Below, piece after piece: positions 51,829 through 60,520 of a DNA stretch of 64,000 bases. The stretch is from a candidate division WOR-3 bacterium (GTDB lineage Bacteria; Hydrothermota; UBA3072): assembly GCA_039804165.1 (NCBI GenBank), contig JBDRZZ010000001.1, positions 28,962-92,961 of the forward strand, in the 5' to 3' direction. Below the pieces are notes generated by a model. That model searched no databases, was not told the DNA's origin, and saw nothing but the letters and a program-made list of their open reading frames with translations. The position numbers and the translations under genes were made by a program. Position 1 is the first letter of the stretch, and each line of letters opens with the position of its first letter.

Positions 51829-51854
51829 TTGACAAATTTTTATTTTTGTATAAT
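51829..51854 (+). promoter_or_regulatory. Putative promoter upstream of the RHS locus. TTGACA at about 51829-51834 and TG-TATAAT at about 51847-51854, with a short 14 nt spacer.
   Basis: Read directly from the sequence. An AGGAGG RBS precedes the start at 51955. Coordinates are approximate. Confidence 0.3.
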
Positions 51855-51954
51855 TTTTTAAAAACAAAGATCTTAATCATTGGGCGGGTATGGAAAAGTA
51901 GAGAGAAGGAGAATATATATTAATTTTTAAAATTTTATTTATAGGAGGTATTTT

Positions 51955-52548
51955 ATGGGTTTATTAATAATCATCTTTCTTATGAATGCCGATTCTATTG
52001 ACTCCTTAAAGATTACAACAAGTGCTCAGTCTTCTTCAGGGGGAACCGTTTTAGAATACTCATATGGGTTAGATACTTATCAAGTAGGTTTTAACAAGAA
52101 TAGTATCTCTGCCAATATTCCGGAAGAGAGTATAGATGTTTCAAGTGGACTATTATCCATTAAAATAAAACTTACCAGTTTACCTATTAGAGGTAACAAA
52201 AGTTATGATGTTTATCTTGTTTATCATGGTTCTCCTTTATCTTTGGCTGGGATAGGAGGTTTTAGTGGAACTTGGACTTATGGTTGGAACAATAGTGAAT
52301 TTATAGGGAATGATGAGTTTATAGTTACAGAGGATTTAGGAACTTGTGGTTTAGGTTGGAATATAATGCCTGGGGAGTTTTCTGTTCCCTATAGATGGTG
52401 GGAGAAGAGAGGAGTTGTAGGTGAGATTCGTATTAATGATAGAACTTACAGTTTTTATATGGGAGATTGTGGTGGGGTATTGGCGGAGGATTGTGAAGCG
52501 ATATTACCGAGTGATCCTTGTGCTGAGAGAAATTGGGCTATCTTTTAA
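51955..52548 (+). CDS. N-terminal segment (197 aa) of the RHS protein, separated from the main ORF by one in-frame TAA.
   Basis: Same reading frame as 52582..57984. Only the TAA at 52546-52548 interrupts the frame. Hydrophobic N-terminus 'MGLLIIIFLMNA'. Confidence 0.5.
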   Translation: MGLLIIIFLMNADSIDSLKITTSAQSSSGGTVLEYSYGLDTYQVGFNKNSISANIPEESIDVSSGLLSIKIKLTSLPIRGNKSYDVYLVYHGSPLSLAGIGGFSGTWTYGWNNSEFIGNDEFIVTEDLGTCGLGWNIMPGEFSVPYRWWEKRGVVGEIRINDRTYSFYMGDCGGVLAEDCEAILPSDPCAERNWAIF

Positions 52549-52581
52549 ACACCTGAGTGGAGATATATTTTTGGAGAGGGT

Positions 52582-55500
52582 GTGAATTATCCTCATTACG
52601 ATTTCAATACTGATGAACCTTTAAGGCAGAATTGTATGCTTACTGAGATGGTAGATAAGAATGGTAATTCTGTGCGATTTACATGGCGTGAGTATATTAG
52701 GGAAAAGCTTCGTGAGTCGCGTCCTTATGCATTTAGAATTCCAGAGTCCATTATTACTCCAACCACGTGGTGTAGGTTTGAGCGTAAAGAGATAGATAAT
52801 CCTAATTCTGGTGCATGGGATTTTTTCTTGGTGGACAAGTTGTTTAGATGGGTAGTGAGTGAAAATGTTAGTGTTTATGAAGTTAGGTTTTATTATACAC
52901 AGAGAAATATACCTCAAGCTATAGAATATTGGTATGGACATGAATTAGTTCTTTTAGATTCAGTAGTTTTTTATAGCAACGATTTTTATAGTGGAGTATA
53001 TAAGATAAATCCTTCGTATAAGTTTTTCTATGATAATAATACAGGGGAGCTTGTTAGGTTTATCACTCCTGATGGTGCTGAATACAGGTATGAATATGAG
53101 ACAGTAGAGAGTTCGACTCTGAGTTTAACTAAGTATCGTAGAATTAAAAAGAAGGAGGTAGTGCTTCCTGGAAGTTCGGAGATTTTAAGGTATGAGTATC
53201 ATTATGCAGGTGGTACAGATCTTAAAAAAAGCTCAGTTGGAGAGAGGGAAGACTGGGGAGGAGAGTGGTCGAGAGGGTGTTCAGATGGTTTTTCTTTTTA
53301 TCCTATTTATAGGAAATGTTCTGTAGTTTTACCTGAAGGTGATAGTATAGTTTACTGGAATGTGAATGATAAGTATTTAAGGGAAAATTTTAAATATTAT
53401 AGTTTTGGTAAAGAAAGTAGTATTTTTAAGGAAGTTGAGCCGAAGAGGCTGCAGTTGATGTATGGGAGGCCTTATAAGATAATGAGATTTGACAAAAGCG
53501 GAAGGCCTTTGGAATTAGAGTGGTTATATTGGGTTATAGGTAACAAAGGTAAGAATAGACTTTCTCCGAAGGAAGATGAGACCACTCTTCCTTCGGGTGT
53601 TTTGCGTCCTGTTTTAAAATATAGAGCGATTCAGAAGAATCCATCTGACACGGTAATAGGGGTTGGGGATATTTTTGAGCTATATGAATATGATTACGAC
53701 AATTTTGGTAATGAGAAGAAATGTATGTTTCATGGATATGTTGAGTATTATGGGATGGAGTGGGATACGATTATTTATCCTGAAACCCCTGATAGGTGGT
53801 GGGAGGGATGGTGTAATAAGAGGTTTATTTATGACGACGTTGATTCCTACGATAACTGGAGGGTAGAGAAGGATTTTCAATATGAGAAGGATTATCGATA
53901 TTTTAAGGATTGGAAAGGAGATACTATTTATAGTAGGTTATTAGTTCATCTTCCGGCTTCAATAAGGAAATATAGTAATAATGGGAATTTAATTAATCAC
54001 ACAGAGTTTGAGTATGATGAGAATGAATTAAAGGATATTAGCTGTTTTAATGGTTATCCAGAAATAGTGACTTTTCATAATTCTGAATATTTTAATACAG
54101 GTTATAAGTATCGTGGAAACCTTACCAAAAAGACCGAGTGGATAAATGAGAATGAGACTCGTTCAAAGGAATACTGGTATGACATTTGTGGTAATCTTGT
54201 TGAAATGGAAGATTATATGAATAACACCTATCAATTTGTCTATGATGATGATGCGGTATTCCCGTATCACAAGGTCTATCCAGATGGATCAATTGAGACT
54301 TTAAAATTTGATAAAGAGGGTAATCTTAGGAGCTTTACCGATAAAAATGGAGTAATTAGTGAATTTTATTATGATGTTTATGGAAGATTGGTAAATTATA
54401 GAAAAGGAACTTCTGGGGAATATAAACTTCTTGGGGAATATGAATATAATGATTTTGAGCATTGGGCAAAAGAACGTTCTTCCTTCTCGAGCGCAGATGT
54501 TACCTATTATTATTATGATGGACTGGGAAGACTTAAGAAGACTAAACAACCTTCGCTTTCTGGGAAAGAGATAATTCAGGAGTATTTTTATGACAAGAAT
54601 GGGAATTTGAATAAAGAAACAATTCCGAGATTTAGCACTGCTCTTCAAGCGGATACAGTTAAAAAGAAATTTGATATTCTTAAGAGAGTGAGGGAGATAG
54701 AATATCCAAAGAGTTCGTACGAATCTGGAAGGGAGGTTGTGGAATATGAGTATAAAAGGGATACAACGGATGTTTATGATGAGATGGGTTACCGCACCAG
54801 ATTGGTTAATGATGCATCTGGTAATTTAATAAGTGTTTTGGATGCTCTTGGAAATTGGACTTATTATAGTTATGATGTCAATGGAAACCTTACAAAAATA
54901 AAAGATGCTGAAGGCAAACAAACAACCTTTAAATATGACTGGCTTGGGCGGTTATTAGAGAGTAATGGTCCTGATAGGGGGAAGGATTTATTTGAGTATT
55001 ATCCTGACGGTAAGATAAAGCTTCACGTTCAGAATGGAGGGGAGAATATCTTTTATGAATATGATGAATTAGGTAGGATCAAAAGAAAAGGGAAACCATG
55101 CTTATATACTCCCCCTATAGTTAATGTAACAGACACTCTTTTATATGATTCTGAGATCAAGGAGATTATTCCGGAATATGAGAGTTCAGCGGAGTGGGAG
55201 TTAAATTTAGATATATCTAGCTGGGAAGATGTTCAAATAAGTTTTATGGCGAGATGTGGAGTTGTATATGGTGATGGTTCTCAGTATGTAATAGGGAAGT
55301 GTTCCTTAGAAGTGTATTTTTCAAATCCTATTGATACTTTTATTAAGACAATTGAAATATATGAAGGTTCTTTATCTGCAAACTCTTGGGGTTATGAGCT
55401 TAACAAGTATAATTATCGGTTTAAGCCTAAGAATTACGGGAATATCATTACGCGAATAAAAATTACTCATACAGGCAAAGCTTTAGGTGCTTTTCCGTGC

Positions 55501-57984
55501 GGTTATCCCTGTGGGAATTGGGAGGATGAAATTAAAGATGTTTTAATAATAGGGAGTGGGTATAAATCACCTCCTTACTCTGTTCTTAAAGATACTCTTG
55601 AGGAATATTTCTATGATAACTATACAATAAAAGGTGTAACCTATACTCCTCCTTCAAATTTAAATTATCCTAAGGGAAGGTTGACAGGTTTCCAGAATGC
55701 TAATTTAAGGGAGGTTTATTTTTATGATATGTTTGGGAATCTTGCTCAAAAGAAGGTTATTCCGTTTACTCCTTATGGGAAGGAGTTGGATTTCAAATAT
55801 TCCTACGACTTAAAAGGGAGGGTAACGGAGTTAAGATATCCTGATAATTACCCAGTGGAGTATGGTTATGATCAATTTGGGAATATTTCCTATCTTAAGA
55901 TAGGTGGAAAGACTCAGGTATCTCTTTCCTCCACAGCGGCAGGGCTTTTGAGTCGTATTAATTTTCCTAGTGGGGTTAAGGATACATTTGCATATAAGCC
56001 GAGGAATTGGATGAATTGGATGGAGATTAAAGGTGTTTCTGATCCTTATCAGAGGGAATTTTTGTATAACAAGCGTGGGGAGCTTATAAGTATATATAAA
56101 GGTAATACGAGGACAAGCACGTTTAAATATGATGCTCTTGGGAGACTTACTAGGGAGTGGGTTACTGGGGAGCCTGGGACTTATGAGCATACATATCTTT
56201 ATGATAAAGTAGGGAATAGGCTTGAGGTTGATTATGGGAGCAAGAAGTATACCTATTATTCAGGGACAAATAAGTTAAAGAGTGATGGGGAGAGGACTTA
56301 TTCTTATGATGCGAACGGAAGAGTTGTTGGGATTAGTAGTGTAGTGGATAATATTAGTTATGATGTAGATGGTAATATGACTGTGCTTGTTACTCCTGAT
56401 GAGACTTATAAGTATTATTACAAAGGTAATCAAAGAATAAGGCAAGAGGTAGAGCAGTATGGTTCTGGATCTTTTACAAGTAATTATTTTTACGACAACT
56501 TTGGGAATTTAATTTTTGAGGAAGACGATTCTCCCAACATTCTCAAGAATCCTGGATTTGAGAGTGGTAATACAGATGGTTGGGGTAAGTGGCCAGTGGA
56601 TGTTTACTGGAATGTGACTTCGAGTGAGTCTCAGGAGGGTAAGTACTCTCTTTATTCTCCGAATTTTTCTTCAACGATGCAGAATGTTGAGTGTTGGATG
56701 CAGAATTTTTCTCTTTCAGAGGTGAAGAAGCCTTTCACTGCTTCTTGTTGGGTAAAGGCGGAGAATTTAACTGGTGGAGTGAAGATAATGGTTGAATTTT
56801 GGGATGTGAATTGGTCTACCCAACTTAGTGTTAAGTCTTCATCAGTGGTAACTGGGACTAAAGACTGGACGAAGCTTTCTGTGACTGTTAATAAGAGTGA
56901 TGTGCCTCAGAATGCAATGAATTTTAAGGTTACGGTATTGAGGTTTGAAGGTGGAGGTAGACTTTGGGTTGATAATGTTCGTTGTGAATCGGGTTCTACT
57001 CGGACGCCTCCAACGAGATACATTTATGCAGGTAACCGTCTCCTTGCAAAAGAAGTTGATGGGAGCTTATATTTCTACCATCTTGACCGCTTGGGTTCAC
57101 CCATTATGATTACTGATAAAACCGGAAGCATTCTAAAGAGAAAACAATACGAAGCTTTTGGGAACCTGAAATGGCAATCTGGAAGTCTCTCCGACAATCG
57201 TGAATTCACCTCCAAAGAGAAAGACCCGACAGGACTCCATTACTTTGGTGCGAGGTATTATTCTGGGAATATTGGGAGATTTTTGAGTCCTGATCCGCAT
57301 ACGCTTATGCCGGGAGGTTTAGAGTTAAGCAATCCACAATCTATAAATCCATATGTTTACTGTGTAAACGACCCATTCAGATATAAAGATCCTAATGGTG
57401 AATTTATATTAGCGGTTGAATATGATCAGAGTGCACAATATGGGTCAACACAATATGTTTGGCGTAGTTTCCCAAGAAGCTTCTCCAATGCGATTTCTTA
57501 TGCGGCGATGAATCGTCCAGAATTAGCCGCTATGTCCCTCGCTCCTAATGGAGTGTATTATTCAAAGACCAGAGCAGACGTACCTGGAACAAATGCGGCT
57601 GCGAGAAGCTGGCGTCTATATGATTATAAACTGGATACTAAACCTGCTGGGAAGTCTTTTGCTCCGCATAAAGCATTATTGATTAACAGTGGAGGTAAAG
57701 TCCCCACAGAAGAGATAAATATAAATCCCAGATCTAAATATTATGGTGAAAAAGCAGCCGATAGGTTATGGATCCATGCTGGAAGTAGAAAAAAAGATAT
57801 AGGTGGAACTGGGTCAGAGGGTTGTATCACAGTCCCTACTGTTCTTGGTAATAAAGAATATAGGACTCAGGATCCCGAAACTTGGATCTACTATAATGAT
57901 TGGATATCGAATTTTGAGAATTACCCAGAAGGGAAACTACTAATAATAAGATTTCCTACATGGATGGAAAACTTGTGGAAATGA
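52582..57984 (+). CDS. RHS / YD-repeat protein with RHS core and a C-terminal polymorphic toxin domain.
   Basis: Dozens of YD repeats (e.g. 'DKNGNSVRFTW', 'YDALGRLTREW', 'YSYDANGRVVG'). RHS core 'YHLDRLGSPIMITDKTGS...FTSKEKDPTGLHYFGARYYSGNIGRFLSPDP...NPYVYCVNDPFRYKDPNGEF'. About 190 aa of unique C-terminal sequence follow the DPxGE boundary. A GTG start with a GGAG SD sits at 52573-52576. Confidence 0.85.
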   Translation: MNYPHYDFNTDEPLRQNCMLTEMVDKNGNSVRFTWREYIREKLRESRPYAFRIPESIITPTTWCRFERKEIDNPNSGAWDFFLVDKLFRWVVSENVSVYEVRFYYTQRNIPQAIEYWYGHELVLLDSVVFYSNDFYSGVYKINPSYKFFYDNNTGELVRFITPDGAEYRYEYETVESSTLSLTKYRRIKKKEVVLPGSSEILRYEYHYAGGTDLKKSSVGEREDWGGEWSRGCSDGFSFYPIYRKCSVVLPEGDSIVYWNVNDKYLRENFKYYSFGKESSIFKEVEPKRLQLMYGRPYKIMRFDKSGRPLELEWLYWVIGNKGKNRLSPKEDETTLPSGVLRPVLKYRAIQKNPSDTVIGVGDIFELYEYDYDNFGNEKKCMFHGYVEYYGMEWDTIIYPETPDRWWEGWCNKRFIYDDVDSYDNWRVEKDFQYEKDYRYFKDWKGDTIYSRLLVHLPASIRKYSNNGNLINHTEFEYDENELKDISCFNGYPEIVTFHNSEYFNTGYKYRGNLTKKTEWINENETRSKEYWYDICGNLVEMEDYMNNTYQFVYDDDAVFPYHKVYPDGSIETLKFDKEGNLRSFTDKNGVISEFYYDVYGRLVNYRKGTSGEYKLLGEYEYNDFEHWAKERSSFSSADVTYYYYDGLGRLKKTKQPSLSGKEIIQEYFYDKNGNLNKETIPRFSTALQADTVKKKFDILKRVREIEYPKSSYESGREVVEYEYKRDTTDVYDEMGYRTRLVNDASGNLISVLDALGNWTYYSYDVNGNLTKIKDAEGKQTTFKYDWLGRLLESNGPDRGKDLFEYYPDGKIKLHVQNGGENIFYEYDELGRIKRKGKPCLYTPPIVNVTDTLLYDSEIKEIIPEYESSAEWELNLDISSWEDVQISFMARCGVVYGDGSQYVIGKCSLEVYFSNPIDTFIKTIEIYEGSLSANSWGYELNKYNYRFKPKNYGNIITRIKITHTGKALGAFPCGYPCGNWEDEIKDVLIIGSGYKSPPYSVLKDTLEEYFYDNYTIKGVTYTPPSNLNYPKGRLTGFQNANLREVYFYDMFGNLAQKKVIPFTPYGKELDFKYSYDLKGRVTELRYPDNYPVEYGYDQFGNISYLKIGGKTQVSLSSTAAGLLSRINFPSGVKDTFAYKPRNWMNWMEIKGVSDPYQREFLYNKRGELISIYKGNTRTSTFKYDALGRLTREWVTGEPGTYEHTYLYDKVGNRLEVDYGSKKYTYYSGTNKLKSDGERTYSYDANGRVVGISSVVDNISYDVDGNMTVLVTPDETYKYYYKGNQRIRQEVEQYGSGSFTSNYFYDNFGNLIFEEDDSPNILKNPGFESGNTDGWGKWPVDVYWNVTSSESQEGKYSLYSPNFSSTMQNVECWMQNFSLSEVKKPFTASCWVKAENLTGGVKIMVEFWDVNWSTQLSVKSSSVVTGTKDWTKLSVTVNKSDVPQNAMNFKVTVLRFEGGGRLWVDNVRCESGSTRTPPTRYIYAGNRLLAKEVDGSLYFYHLDRLGSPIMITDKTGSILKRKQYEAFGNLKWQSGSLSDNREFTSKEKDPTGLHYFGARYYSGNIGRFLSPDPHTLMPGGLELSNPQSINPYVYCVNDPFRYKDPNGEFILAVEYDQSAQYGSTQYVWRSFPRSFSNAISYAAMNRPELAAMSLAPNGVYYSKTRADVPGTNAAARSWRLYDYKLDTKPAGKSFAPHKALLINSGGKVPTEEININPRSKYYGEKAADRLWIHAGSRKKDIGGTGSEGCITVPTVLGNKEYRTQDPETWIYYNDWISNFENYPEGKLLIIRFPTWMENLWK

Positions 57985-58001
57985 GATTAGAGGGAGAAAA
58001 A

Positions 58002-58667
58002 ATGAGAAAAAATGGACTTTTTATAATTTCTTTTATTCTTATCTTATTTGCAATGAATTGTAAGGAGACAAAAATAAAACAAAATTTTAAGGAATATAGA
58101 TATAAAGTGATTCCGAACGAAGAGATTGAAATTTATGGAGTGAATGTTAATAAGGCAATAGATGAAAAATTTAGCTTGCTTGAGAAGGAGTTTAACAGTA
58201 AAGCAGAAATTGATGATGAAGTAGCTGTAGTGATACTCCGACGGCTAAAAGATTTCGTAAAAAAGACTAAAGAAACAATACCTAAAGACTGTGTCGATCT
58301 TTTATATGGCCCTATAGATGTTCAAAAAATCTATAATCAGGAAATATATAAGGAATATCAGAATGTGTCTCCAAATACTATCATAGTTAGTGGTAAGCTC
58401 CTATTTTCGGAAGATTCAACTGTTAAAGAGTCAATTATTACTGAGCTGCAGAAAATTTTACCTTCTAATGATACCTGTAAAAAGGTTATTAAAGACCTTC
58501 GGCAGTTTATTCATGGAGACTTTGAAAAGAACACTCAGTTCAAAATTGATTTCGATATACCGAAGTTTCCTTATGCTGAATTTGCTGTATGGTTTCATAA
58601 AGGGGAGGAAGAAAACATATACTATCAGTATATTTTTTCTTTAAGAGAAGACGCTTACCCTTATTGA
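58002..58667 (+). CDS. Candidate cognate immunity protein (secreted protein / lipoprotein, 221 aa).
   Basis: Start reassigned to the ATG at 58002 (GGGAG RBS), the residue M15 of the track ORF. N-terminal signal 'MRKNGLFIISFILILFAMNC'. It lies immediately downstream of the RHS toxin, overlapping its 3' end. Confidence 0.45.
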   Translation: MRKNGLFIISFILILFAMNCKETKIKQNFKEYRYKVIPNEEIEIYGVNVNKAIDEKFSLLEKEFNSKAEIDDEVAVVILRRLKDFVKKTKETIPKDCVDLLYGPIDVQKIYNQEIYKEYQNVSPNTIIVSGKLLFSEDSTVKESIITELQKILPSNDTCKKVIKDLRQFIHGDFEKNTQFKIDFDIPKFPYAEFAVWFHKGEEENIYYQYIFSLREDAYPY

Positions 58668-58708
58668 TTTTTGGAAAGGATGCAAATGAAGATAAAGAGA
58701 GAGTAACA

Positions 58709-58731
58709 GGGTCAGACCTTGAAATGTGAAA
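58709..58731. repeat. Left 23 bp terminal inverted repeat of the RAYT element.
   Basis: Exact reverse-complement match to 59694-59716. Confidence 0.7.
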
Positions 58732-58768
58732 AGATTGACAAAAAGGAATAAGCGAATAATATATCGGT

Positions 58769-59713
58769 ATGGCGAGACCATATCGCTTGCAGGGGGAAGG
58801 TTACTTATATCATATCACGAGCAGGGGAGACGACAGGAAAAGGATATACATCAGCGAATATGATTATGAGAAGTTTTTGGAATATCTTCTAAAGGCGAAA
58901 GAAAAGTATAATTTTTATCTTTACGCTTATTGTTTAATGACGAATCATTATCATTTGTTGATAGAGACCACACAGCCTAACCTTTCAAGGATAATGCAGT
59001 ATATAAACACTGCATATACTGTCTATTACAATAAAAAGAGGAATAGAAGCGGTCATTTGTTTCAAGGGAGGTATAAATCTATAATAGTTGATGGAGATAG
59101 TTATTTTTTAGAATTAACAAGGTATATACACTTAAATCCTGTGAGAGCCGGTGTATCTAAAACTCCTGAAGGTTATAAATGGTCCAGTTTTAATGAATAT
59201 ATCACCGATAGGAGAAAAACAATAATAGATAAAAAAGAAATAAAGAAATATATTAAGATTAATCCTTCGAGATATAAACAATTTGTATTGGATGGGATAG
59301 ATAAAAAACCCGATATTTTGGATAAAGTTTACGCCGGATTTGTCCTTGGAGGGGTAAAATTTATAAAAGATACAATAAAGGACTTAAAACAGCAAAAAGG
59401 AGGAGAAATTTCCTACAAGAAAAAGTTAACCAATTATATATCAGTAGATGAAATAGTCAAAGAAACAGCTGAACTTTTTAAGAGATTGCCAGAAGAGGTA
59501 TACGCTTGGAAGAAAAAGCCCTTGCTTGCGAGAAAAGCAGCGATATATTTATCTAAGAGACTAACAGGGTTAACCAATAAAGAGATAGGGGAGGCATTTA
59601 AAATAACATACTCCGCAGTAAGTAAGTCATACAGAGATATGGAAAAGATAATGGAAGAGAGAAGAAGAATAAGGAGAGATATTGAAACCATCATTTCACA
59701 TTTCAAGGTCTGA
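58769..59713 (+). CDS. Y1 (HUH) tyrosine transposase of the RAYT / TnpA_REP family, fused to a C-terminal DnaA domain-IV-like HTH.
   Basis: HUH motif 'NHYHLLIET'. RAYT blocks 'GHLFQGRYKSI' and 'RYIHLNPVRAGV' (catalytic Tyr). C-terminal 'ARKAAIYLSKRLTGLTNKEIGEAFKITYSAVSKSYR' resembles the DnaA_C HTH. Confidence 0.8.
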   Translation: MARPYRLQGEGYLYHITSRGDDRKRIYISEYDYEKFLEYLLKAKEKYNFYLYAYCLMTNHYHLLIETTQPNLSRIMQYINTAYTVYYNKKRNRSGHLFQGRYKSIIVDGDSYFLELTRYIHLNPVRAGVSKTPEGYKWSSFNEYITDRRKTIIDKKEIKKYIKINPSRYKQFVLDGIDKKPDILDKVYAGFVLGGVKFIKDTIKDLKQQKGGEISYKKKLTNYISVDEIVKETAELFKRLPEEVYAWKKKPLLARKAAIYLSKRLTGLTNKEIGEAFKITYSAVSKSYRDMEKIMEERRRIRRDIETIISHFKV

Positions 59714-59716
59714 CCC
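59694..59716. repeat. Right 23 bp terminal inverted repeat of the RAYT element. It overlaps the transposase stop codon.
   Basis: Exact reverse complement of 58709-58731. Confidence 0.7.
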
Positions 59717-59721
59717 CATAG

Positions 59722-60261
59722 ACACTCATATGGAGTATCGCAGTATTGTATGTAGCGGATGCATTAGGAGGGTCAACTCTTGCGTATGTAGGAACTCAAG
59801 CAGTAGGCACATTTATAGGTTCAGGGTTTGATTATGTTGGTGTAGGTCCTGTAAATATACCTACCAATGGTGATTGGTTGGGAGCAAATATTGGGAATAT
59901 TATTGGTGATCTTGAGTTGATAAGTGAGATAGAAGGGGGAGGTAAAGTATCATGGAACTGGCAAGCGTTAGCATGGGTTTCTGAGGGTGGGCCAATATCT
60001 CGGTCAATGGTGGATACAAAATTTGCGCATGGTATGGCAAATTATAATGTTGTATATAAGGGATACGAGCCAACACTTAGAACTAAGGTACATGAATTTA
60101 CACACATTTGGGAGATGAGATTCGGAGGTAGCTGGATTTATTATTCTACCTATCAACTTTTTTCAGGTTTATACGGTTATTGGGATAATCCTTATGAGGT
60201 ACAATGTTTTAATAGAGCTAAAATAGATATCTACGATGCAATGATGGGAATTGATTGGTAA
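59722..60261 (+). pseudogene. Orphan C-terminal toxin cassette remnant (Gly-zipper hydrophobic segment plus HExxH metallopeptidase-like motif), lacking an N-terminus.
   Basis: The frame opens right after a TAG at 59719-59721 with no credible start. The track starts the ORF at a TTG at 59746. The 'HEFTHIWE' motif is present. The remnant abuts the right IR of the RAYT element. Confidence 0.35.
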
Positions 60262-60379
60262 GGAGTGAATCGTCAGTTTAAATTATGAAAGGGTAGCGTA
60301 GTTAGTTGAAATATTTGAAAAGGCATTTAATTTTATGAGTAAGGTTCTCTAAAAAATGTAAAAAGGAGGAGTAAAATTT

Positions 60380-60520
60380 ATGCATTTAAATCATTATATA
60401 ATGACTAAAGTTTTAGCGACTAAGCATATTTTTTCTGGTAATAAATCTTATTTTATACCAGGCAAGACAATCTTCAAATCTATAAATACTATATCTTTAA
60501 TTCTATTAGCTTTTTTATGA
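60380..60520 (+). CDS. Small ORF (46 aa) with a strong SD, translationally coupled (ATGA) to the downstream gene.
   Basis: AAAGGAGGAG RBS 7 nt upstream of the ATG at 60380. The stop TGA at 60518-60520 overlaps the ATG at 60517. Product is MHLNHYIMTKVLATKHIFSGNKSYFIPGKTIFKSINTISLILLAFL. Confidence 0.3.
   Translation: MHLNHYIMTKVLATKHIFSGNKSYFIPGKTIFKSINTISLILLAFL

Larger units (their letters stand above)
58709..59716 (+). mobile_element. IS200/IS605-superfamily element of the RAYT (REP-associated tyrosine transposase) type, bounded by perfect 23 bp inverted repeats.
   Basis: Left IR 58709-58731 'GGGTCAGACCTTGAAATGTGAAA'. Right IR 59694-59716 is its exact reverse complement. A single transposase gene lies between them. 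Confidence 0.6.

Noticed and set aside
52546-52548. Possibility that TAA is a sense codon (alternative genetic code), which would explain the RHS interruption.
   Set aside because: TAA terminates other well-supported genes in the window (e.g. hppA at 8346-8348). A standard code is assumed.
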